From Histomonas meleagridis 2922-C6/04-290x (taxonomy: Eukaryota; Protista; Parabasalia): 64,000 bases of DNA. Every line of letters begins with the position of its first letter. Position 1 is the first letter of the stretch. The stretch covers positions 1 to 64,000 of the forward strand of contig JAANOX010000070.1 of the NCBI GenBank assembly GCA_020184695.1. Reading direction: 5' to 3'. Under the pieces are notes generated by a model, which worked only from the letters and a program-made list of their open reading frames with translations, had not been told where the DNA came from and ran no database searches. Positions 23,792-32,028 of this stretch are shown here, piece by piece. The translations under genes were made by a program, and so were the position numbers.

Positions 23792-24382
23792 ATGAACATT
23801 TTCGAGCAGCAAAACCAGAATGTCACCATCCCTGTGTTTGCACAAGATGTTAGGAGCTCTGGACGCAAAGCATCAAAGAAGATTAAATTTACCCCTGAAG
23901 AAGATGCAAAATTAATTTCTTTGGTGAAACAAGAAGGCACTAAAGACTGGATTAAAATATCTCAGCTGATGGGAACTAGAAATCCAAGGCAGTGCCGCGA
24001 GCGATGGTGCAATTATATTAATCCTGATTTGCGAAAAGACCCATGGACACCTGAGGAAGACATGATTCTTCAGGAGAAGTTCACAGAAATTGGGCCGAGG
24101 TGGAATAAGCTTGCGAGGTTCTTTAACAACCGATCTGACAATAGCATACGAAATCGTTGGAACCTTATTTCGCGCCACCACACTAAGACAACAACTCATC
24201 AGCAAACCGAAAGCTGTCCGATTCAAGTGCCTCAAATTTCGGTATCAAATCCTATAAAGGATTTAAAAGTGAGTTTTAACATGCATCGATTTGATGATTC
24301 GTTTTTAATGGAATCATCCGAACTCAATATCTTTAGTGAAGAAAGAGACTCAGAATTATGGGAGAATTTTTTATTCTTCTAA
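23792..24382 (+). CDS. R2R3 Myb DNA-binding protein
   Basis: KFTPEEDAKL..DWIKIS..RNPRQCRERWCNY..PWTPEED..GPRWNKLA..RSDNSIRNRW. First ATG at 23792. Confidence 0.95.
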   Translation: MNIFEQQNQNVTIPVFAQDVRSSGRKASKKIKFTPEEDAKLISLVKQEGTKDWIKISQLMGTRNPRQCRERWCNYINPDLRKDPWTPEEDMILQEKFTEIGPRWNKLARFFNNRSDNSIRNRWNLISRHHTKTTTHQQTESCPIQVPQISVSNPIKDLKVSFNMHRFDDSFLMESSELNIFSEERDSELWENFLFF

Positions 24383-24811
24383 AACTTAGTTAAGTTTTCA
24401 ATGTTTTTTGGGTCAAATGTTGGGTGTGACAAAAATTCAAATACCACGTATTCAATTTATGAACTTTTTGTAATATATCATAATATTATACAACCAAAAT
24501 AATCAATTTATTTCAAAAATTTCCTTCGTATAATCAAAAATTGAGTTCGGAGTTATCAAAAAGTTGCCGATTGATAAAGAAAATTGGAGAAACACACAAA
24601 TTTCTGTGAATTGAAACAATACTTTACATAACGTATTTCAAACGGTAGAAATAATTAAAACGAAAGAATATCAGTTTTAAAGAAAACAACTCACTCCTCC
24701 CTTAATGCATTCTCCCGGCTGTTCCGCATACTTCGATTTCGAGCTCAAAGTGAACTTTTGTCTGCACAATTACGTTTAGATGAAAAAAATGACTTAACAA
24801 ATGAAGAAATT

Positions 24812-26299
24812 TTATTCAGCCATTGCTTCTTCGAGGTCTTTATGCTCGTCTCTCATAGCCATTGTCATTCCTTCGAGGTAGTCCTTCTCGATTCCAGGCT
24901 GAAGTTGTTTTATTTTCTGTATGTTGAGAACAATTTGCTTCTTGATTAGGTCTGCATACTGCTGCATTGACAACTTCTCATTTTGGATGTCGGACACCAA
25001 CTTATCTCTTTTAGCTTCCAAAATTTCGCCTTGCTTAATGATCTTTGGATCTTGTGGAATTTTGTTCTTTGTTGTGACATCCTTATAAAGAGCTATTTGC
25101 GGGAGAATCATTTCCAACGCTGTCACAGAAATAAATGATTGAAGCATATAATCCGGCAAAACGAACACATCTGGAACTTGTGGAGGTGGCGCTGCTGCAG
25201 GAGGTGACTTTTTAGGTGGTGGTTGTTGTGGCTGTTGTTGCTGCTGTGGTTTCTTTTGAGCAGCAGGCGCTGCTGGCTTAGGAGCTGCTGCCGCTGGTTT
25301 GGCGGGTGCCTGACGGGGTGCCCCCGATGGCGCTGGGGTGCCCTGCTGGCCGATAGAAGGTGACAGGTGAAGTAATTTGTCAACGGTTTCGGTTGTTTGC
25401 GCAGCCAGCGGTTCCCTCATTGCGCAGCAAAGCATCATGCTGTAGACGTTCTTGGTCTTCTTCTCGACTTTGAAGCTTGCCTCGTTTGCGAAAATACTGT
25501 CTGAGGAGAAGACAGTTATTGGTAATTCATATGTTCCAATAACTTCTTCTGCTTTTTTAAGAAGGCTTTTCTTGATTTGAAGAAGGGTTATAGACAACCT
25601 AAATTTGTTTATCTTCTTTTTAGGAGTTTCTTGAATGCCTGAAAAAGTATATTTAATTGTGGTATCTCCAGGAACATCAATTGGAAATCGTGGTTGTACA
25701 TCATCTAAATTAAGAGCAATGATGTACTTCCCATCAGGTGCCTTTAAGTTACTTATCTTAACAAGAACGGAATTTGGTTCGATCAATTGATTAATAACAG
25801 GCCTTTCAATGCGGAATGTTTTTGTAATAAGTTGAGGAGGCTGCTTCTTTGAGGTGTACGCATCAAGGAGTTGATCATATGTCATTGAAAGAGCCCAAAT
25901 GAAGGATTTTAATTTCTTTGAAATTTGTGGATCTGGTGTTGCAGAAGATTCGTGGTCGTGAAGAACCTTAGTGACCCAGAGTTTATCATCGTTAACAAGC
26001 TTCATTTCCATGAGAAGTCTTTCATTTGGATAAACAGCTGCTAAACTTACATCAATTTTAGCATTTTGAACTAAGTCTAAAAATTGCTTTTTTGCTGTTT
26101 CAGCTTTTTCGGGATCAGAATTTTTGAAATTGATTGCGTCTTGAATGTATTTCATTCCAAGGGAAAATGCAAAGCCGACAAGTTCATCTTTTGTGCTACT
26201 ATTACTGTTACCTAATTTACTTCTTTCTTCTTCCTCTCTTAATTCTTTTAAAAATTCTTGTCGGTATTTCGGATTAGATGTTAATCTTCTTAAAGACAT
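24812..26299 (-). CDS. C2-domain protein with Pro/Ala/Gln linker, CC2D1/Lgd-like
   Basis: Helical N-terminus, beta-rich C2-like region ending AMREPL, low-complexity linker, helical C-terminus. Confidence 0.5.
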   Translation of the reverse strand: MSLRRLTSNPKYRQEFLKELREEEERSKLGNSNSSTKDELVGFAFSLGMKYIQDAINFKNSDPEKAETAKKQFLDLVQNAKIDVSLAAVYPNERLLMEMKLVNDDKLWVTKVLHDHESSATPDPQISKKLKSFIWALSMTYDQLLDAYTSKKQPPQLITKTFRIERPVINQLIEPNSVLVKISNLKAPDGKYIIALNLDDVQPRFPIDVPGDTTIKYTFSGIQETPKKKINKFRLSITLLQIKKSLLKKAEEVIGTYELPITVFSSDSIFANEASFKVEKKTKNVYSMMLCCAMREPLAAQTTETVDKLLHLSPSIGQQGTPAPSGAPRQAPAKPAAAAPKPAAPAAQKKPQQQQQPQQPPPKKSPPAAAPPPQVPDVFVLPDYMLQSFISVTALEMILPQIALYKDVTTKNKIPQDPKIIKQGEILEAKRDKLVSDIQNEKLSMQQYADLIKKQIVLNIQKIKQLQPGIEKDYLEGMTMAMRDEHKDLEEAMAE

Positions 26300-26364
26300 A
26301 TGAGTTAAAAAACCGCCGGTTTAGCGGTTAAATTTGAGTAAGTTTGTTTGATTTATTATAAAAA

Positions 26365-29300
26365 ATGAAGTCAATGACTATTTATGAATATCTTACAACA
26401 ATCCAAAATATTATATGGAATATTGATAAAGAAAAATTAAGTGAATCTATTGATGCAACAATAAATTTATTTGATGATGATTTTCCGTGTTCTTTTTATA
26501 TGATTCTTAGTCAACTTATTTATTCATCATTTGTTTCTAAAGTAAATGATTTTGATATATGTTTACGTTTTATACAAGAAATAGATAAACAAAAATCTAC
26601 AAATAAAATGTTTGAAATTTTTACACATTATCTTATTGGATTATATTCTCAAGAATCATATTATATCCTAATGAAATTGTTGGAGCAAAACTTAATTAAT
26701 CCGAAAATGATACAAAACATTCAAACTTTATATTTCATTCATTATCAACCATATGAAATCAATATCGAAAATTCTCTTCCTTTTTCAGTTCAATTTAAAG
26801 ATAATATAAAAGAACTCAAAGAAAATAATTGGGAACTTCATAAGAAAATGGTAAAAGAAGGAATTAATCCGTTGGAAATTGCAAAGATAATTCGAAATGA
26901 TGAAATAGAAAAACTTCAAGAGATGACATCGCAATCAAAATTTGATTTTAATCAAATAATTAAACCATCACTTTATGAAAGATTTTCATTTATTAACGAT
27001 TGGAATGTCACATTAATTGATTATGCAGCATTCTTTGGTTCAATTAAATGTTTTAAATATTTGCTATTAAATGGTTCTAAAATAAATAATACAGGTAAAT
27101 ATGCAATTGCAGGCGGAAATGAAGAAATCATTCATTTGTGCGAACAAGATCATTCATCGTTTTATAATGCATATGAAACTGCAATCGAGTTTCATCGAAA
27201 TGATATCTTTAAATATCTTTATGAAAATAATATTGTTGAAATTGACGACTTAGAAGATTTAGGTGGGAAATGTGTTTTATATAGTAATTTTGATCTTTTT
27301 TATTATTTATGTGAAAAAGGAATGAAAATTAAAGAAAGCATAATTAAGAAATCAGTAAAAATTGGAAATTTGTTTCTTCTTAAACATTTCCTTAAAGAGA
27401 ACGTAATTCAACAATCTTTTCTAACATTATCTGTAAACTCGGGGAATATCGAACTTGTGAAATTCATTCTTGAACAAAAAGATATTAATGTTAATGCTAT
27501 CAATAATGATTTTTAATTAAATTCAAAATTTATTTTTATAATTTTATATTTCAAAATAATATTTAAAACAGCTCTTATGATTGCTGTAGAAAATGGAAAT
27601 ACAGAAATTGTTAAATTACTTCTTGAACAAAAAGGAATTGATTATAATTATACATCTATATTTTTATATGATTTAAGGTTTATTCCAAATATTTTTTAAG
27701 GTTTAATAAAAAGTTTTAAAATAGTTTCAATGTATTTTTTACTTTACTAATGATTGCATCTTGGAAAGGTTATGATGATATTGTAAAATTATTTCTTGAA
27801 AAAGATATTAATGTTAATATTCAAGATGTTTTTTTGATTTTTAAGAAATTCATTTAAATATTTCGAAATTTAAATATATTATTTGGAATTTTAATAAATA
27901 TTTTGAAACAGCACTTATGAAAGCAGCTGAAAAAGGTCATATTGAAGTGGTTAAATTGCTTCTTGCACGAAAAGATATTGATATTAATGAAAAAGATGTA
28001 TATTTATATGTTTTTATGTTTCTTTATATTATTGTTCTTTGGAATATAATTATATAAATTCAAACAGCTCTTATGAATGCATCAGAAAATGGGCAGATCG
28101 AAGTTGTAAAATTACTACTAGAAAAAGAAAATCTTGATATTAATGCAAAAGATCTATGTTTGTTTTATTTGAAATCGATTTAAATGATTTAATATTACAA
28201 TTTAAAATTTGGAATTTAATCAAAGTATTTAACTCGGCATTACTTTGGGCATTTATTAAAAAACATTTTGAAATAGGTAAATTACTTCTTACTCAAAAAG
28301 GAATTGATATAACACCAAAAGATTATGTTAATTCTGATAATTTTATAAAGTATGAAAATATTATTTGGAATTTAAATATTTCATTTCAAACTGTTTTAAT
28401 AATTGCTGCTCAGAATGGGTTAGTAGATATTGTTAAAATTATTCTTGAGAAAGAAAACATTAAAGTAAATGCAAAAGATGTTTATTGCTTTTATTAAATG
28501 ATTATTTTAAAATTAAGCAATTTCTTTATGACATTTAAAATATATTTAAAATATTTGAAACTGCACTATTTAAAGCATCAGTTAATGGAAATGTTGAAAT
28601 TGTTAAATTATTACTTGAACAAAAAGGAATTAAAGTAAATAAAGAAAATATTTTATCATATTATTTCATGTTACTTTCAAAAAATCGAAATTTAAAATAA
28701 AAATTTGGAATTTCTAATAAATATTTTGGGCACCATTGATGAAAGCATCTCTCAACGGCCACTTTGAAATTGTTAAATTACTTCTCATGCAAAAAGGCAT
28801 TAATTTCAATGCAAAAACTATAAAATTAATTTGTTTAATGTTTATTTAAATTATTTAACATCCAAAAATTTGATTTGGAATTTTAATATATTATATAAAA
28901 CAGCAATTATGTGTGCATCTAAATATGGACATACAGAAATAGTAAAATTACTTCTTGAACAAAAAGGAATTGAAATTAATCCAAAAAGAATTTCTTTGTT
29001 TTAATTAATATATTAATAAATGATTCAATATTTCATATTAATATTTGGAATATATTCAAATGATAATGTACAGCTTTAATGATTGCAGCGAAATATGGAA
29101 AAACTGATGTAATTAAATTATTGCTTAAACAAGAAGGAGTTGATATTAATAACAAAAGAATTTGTTTAAATGTTTTAATAAATATTTTATTGAATTAACG
29201 TTTAATATAAATATTTGGAATTTAATGTGAAAATTTGATACAGCACTTATGATTGCTGCAAAATATGGGAATACAGAAATAGTGAAATTGCTTCTTGAAC

Positions 29301-29490
29301 AAAAAGGAATTGATATTAATGTTAAAAATATTATTTGGTTTCAAACAAAGTGTGATAATATAATTTAATTTTTATTTAAATTATTTGGTATTTATTTGTT
29401 TCTTTTCAAACAGCACTTGTTTTGGCATCAGAAAATAATCGCAATGAAATTGTAAAATGTATTAATGAGTTCAATAATGATAACAAGTAA
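26365..29490 (+). CDS. DUF3447 + ankyrin-repeat gene whose 12 C-terminal ankyrin repeats are each preceded by a non-coding insert
   Basis: ORF 26365-27516 has DYAAFFGSIKCFKYLLLNG and AIEFHRNDIFKYL (DUF3447) and ends in the first ankyrin repeat. Twelve further intact repeat cores follow in changing frames. The last ends at TAA 29488-29490. Confidence 0.8.
27415..29490 (+). repeat. tandem array of 13 ankyrin cores with a ~170-nt period
   Basis: Core starts (Thr/Ser/Ala codon) at 27415, 27568, 27741, 27908, 28064, 28234, 28390, 28560, 28730, 28900, 29070, 29240, 29410. Confidence 0.92.
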
Positions 29491-29702
29491 AATATTTCAT
29501 TCAAAAGAATTTCTATAGAAATAATAAAGAATCAAAAATTTATAAACAATCAATAATTAATATAAAAAAATATATATAGTCAAATCCGAAAGTGCTTGTT
29601 TAAATATGTTAAAAACTTTTAATTATTTGATTGGGAAAAATTTATTTCATCCGAGCACAACTCTTTGTCAAAAGTGTCAATTCAAAAAAAAATTCAAAAA
29701 AT

Positions 29703-29774
29703 TGTCTCCGGGCAGGATCGAACTGCCGTCAAGAGCGTGTTAAACTCCTATTCTAACCATTAGACTACGGAGAC
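29703..29774 (-). tRNA. tRNA-Val(AAC)
   Basis: GTCTCCG/CGGAGAC acceptor stem, D-loop AATGGTT, anticodon loop TT-AAC-AC, T arm GGCAG-TTCGATC-CTGCC; 72 nt. Confidence 0.93.
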
Positions 29775-29985
29775 TTCCGTCAAGAAAAACTATAATGATA
29801 ATTTCACAAAATAATTTTATATCACTTTCTTATAAAAACTGAAATTAATTTTCTAACATGTTAAATGTTATTTGGTATGAAAAAGTATTACAAATATTTA
29901 TAAATCAGTAAATGATTAAATAATTTCTGAAGAAAATTTGGTTTTATAAAAATTTAATTTATAAAAGAATAAACAGTATTTATAA

Positions 29986-30837
29986 TTATTTGCTTTGGAA
30001 ATCATCGTCTGAAACGTGTATGTCTTCTGATGATCTTAATTTCCATTCTTTTCTTTGTGGTTTATAAGTTTGATATATGTAATCTGTTCTTGTTTTTCTT
30101 GATATATTTTGTTGTGGCGCAGGCCTTGTTCGAGCACTTATATATTCATTTATTATTCCTCTAAGTTCGTGTACATGTTCTGTGAGGGTATTAATTTCTT
30201 CTTGGAGAACACGATTTTCTTCTTTTAAATCTGATTTGTCGAAGTAAAATATTGAACGACGACCAGAATCTTTCATTTCTGGTATAACAGAAGTGCGTTT
30301 TTTAGTAAATGTTTGAGCAGATTTGTTTGTTTGATTTTTTTTCTTTGCTGTTTGCTGAAATTTGGTCGAATTAACGTTTACAGTTGTATCTCTATTTATT
30401 GGTTTTTGATAGATTTGTGCGCCTGATGTGTAATTAAGGGTAATAGAAAAACTGATCTGCCCAAATAAAACTTGATGTTGATTCTTCAAAGCTACACGAT
30501 ATTGTTTCTTAAGATATGTGTTTGGGCTTTGTATAGATTTGATGAATAGTTTCTTTATAGAAATTGATCCACTAATACGATCAACATTATTTTTAGAGTA
30601 ACATGGTTTGATATAGATATAAAGTGGACATTCTTCTAGAACTTCAACATATGGCATTTTCAAATTCATTCTTTTTCCAGTAGAAATTTGAAAATCACCT
30701 GTTTGATTTGAAAATTTAACTATTTCAATTTGAGGAAGTGAAAAAACACTAAAACTTATTAAAGTTTGGCGAGCAACATGATTTGCTAATTTAATTGTGT
30801 CGAAAAATATTTGGAAAACAAATTCAGCCCTCTCCAT
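29986..30837 (-). CDS. hypothetical protein, N-terminal C2-like domain plus coiled coil (MAP10/DUF4497-like?)
   Basis: Beta-rich N-terminal half (SFSVFSLPQIEI..PLYIYI..SGSISIKKL) and a short C-terminal coiled coil. Confidence 0.4.
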   Translation of the reverse strand: MERAEFVFQIFFDTIKLANHVARQTLISFSVFSLPQIEIVKFSNQTGDFQISTGKRMNLKMPYVEVLEECPLYIYIKPCYSKNNVDRISGSISIKKLFIKSIQSPNTYLKKQYRVALKNQHQVLFGQISFSITLNYTSGAQIYQKPINRDTTVNVNSTKFQQTAKKKNQTNKSAQTFTKKRTSVIPEMKDSGRRSIFYFDKSDLKEENRVLQEEINTLTEHVHELRGIINEYISARTRPAPQQNISRKTRTDYIYQTYKPQRKEWKLRSSEDIHVSDDDFQSK

Positions 30838-30873
30838 ACTAAAAGTACGTTAAAAGATTTTAGAAAAATTTTA

Positions 30874-31521
30874 TTAAGATTTAGAACGAAATTTAAAGAA
30901 ATAAAGAAACAGAATAGTAACCAAAATCACTATTACAATTAAAATTAAAATAAGGATTTTCCATTTTTGCCAAAACATTAAGCCTCTTGCTTTAATTGAT
31001 TCTCGATGAAAAGTTTTTGCTGATTCTCTTAAATTATCTGCTTTAGCAGCCATTACTTCAAGTTGCTCTCCTCGTTGTAATGCAAGTTTCAGGTTCTGCG
31101 TTGTTTGATCTTGTGCTATTTGTATGTTTTCTTTAGCTTGTGCAAGTTTTTGTGCTCTTTCAGAATTATATGTTACAAATAAAGATTGAATTACTGTTGA
31201 GAAACTTTGTGTTTTTGCTGACTTTGAATAACAATTATTCCCAAATTTTTGACGCCATTTATTTCTTAAATCACCAAGAAAATTTGTTCGTAATGAACTT
31301 ATTGCTTTCTTATCTGTTAAACAAAGAAATGTTGTGTTATCTTTGTCTGTAAGTGTTTGAAAAATATAATTTCCTTGTTCCGATATTGCATTAGGCATTG
31401 ATGGATCTAAGTTTTTAAGAATTTTAGCTGCAATTTTTCGAAAATTTCCTTCCATAGTGGTATATTCTGTAAGGATTGTTGTGTCATGAGCAACAAGTCC
31501 ATAGATAAATAAATTTGTCAT
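30874..31521 (-). CDS. VAMP7: VAMP7-like longin R-SNARE
   Basis: Longin domain (YGLVAHDTTILTEYT..FLCLTD), R-SNARE motif LQRGEQLEVMAAKADNLRESAKTF, C-terminal TM. Confidence 0.88.
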   Translation of the reverse strand: MTNLFIYGLVAHDTTILTEYTTMEGNFRKIAAKILKNLDPSMPNAISEQGNYIFQTLTDKDNTTFLCLTDKKAISSLRTNFLGDLRNKWRQKFGNNCYSKSAKTQSFSTVIQSLFVTYNSERAQKLAQAKENIQIAQDQTTQNLKLALQRGEQLEVMAAKADNLRESAKTFHRESIKARGLMFWQKWKILILILIVIVILVTILFLYFFKFRSKS

Positions 31522-32028
31522 ATGATTGTTGTAATCTAATTCTATATTTTTTGGAAAACCATTTAAAGTTACTAAAATAACCTTTTCATGGATTTCCTTT
31601 TAAAAACCATATGATGTAATAAATTTTAAAATAACTTTAAGCATTGGTAATATTTTAAGTCCAATATAAAGTTATGTTCATAATAATAATTAACAAATAT
31701 ATCTCCTTCATTTCTGATAAATATAAGTCTTGTTACTAGTATTTTAGTAGTGTTTTATAATTCTTCACATATATTAAAATAAGTATTTTAATAACAACAA
31801 AATAAAAATTATAACCATAAATAACATTCATAAATTCTTATTTCTATCGATTATTTAAAGAATGATTCACAAAATGAAGCAATTAAATCTTCTTCAAATC
31901 AAAGCAAATCAACAAACACTGTAAATCAATACAAAATGTTTATTACTTATCATCACAAATGTTTATTTGTAATTCGAATCATTTATAATAATTGTACAAT
32001 TTCCTAATTTCGAGTTTTCCTTTACTAA

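Noticed and set aside
28156-28497. ORF-track proteins 28156-28497 and 43874-44080 as independent small genes
   Set aside because: They are chance read-throughs of linker plus ankyrin core inside the interrupted arrays.
27682-28879. Hairpins pairing the motif with TCCAAA (27682-27690, 28861-28866)
   Set aside because: Present in only two linkers, one of which lacks the forward motif. By eye I found no consistent end-to-end stem, so a Euglena-type structured-intron model is unsupported at present.
27505-29409. Ankyrin linkers as ordinary spliceosomal introns
   Set aside because: Only three begin with GT at the repeat boundary, none ends in AG, and there is no ACTAAC-type branch/3' motif. GT..AG excision cannot restore the repeats.
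27505-29409. Ankyrin linkers as sequencing errors, or as a reassigned genetic code
   Set aside because: They are 61-83 nt, periodic and motif-bearing at two loci. All three frame offsets occur, and normal genes in the window end in TAA/TGA, so stop reassignment cannot explain them.
27568-29412. 170-nt array as a CRISPR-like repeat-spacer array
   Set aside because: The conserved parts are protein-coding ankyrin cores with synonymous variation, not identical direct repeats. The context is eukaryotic and no cas genes are present.
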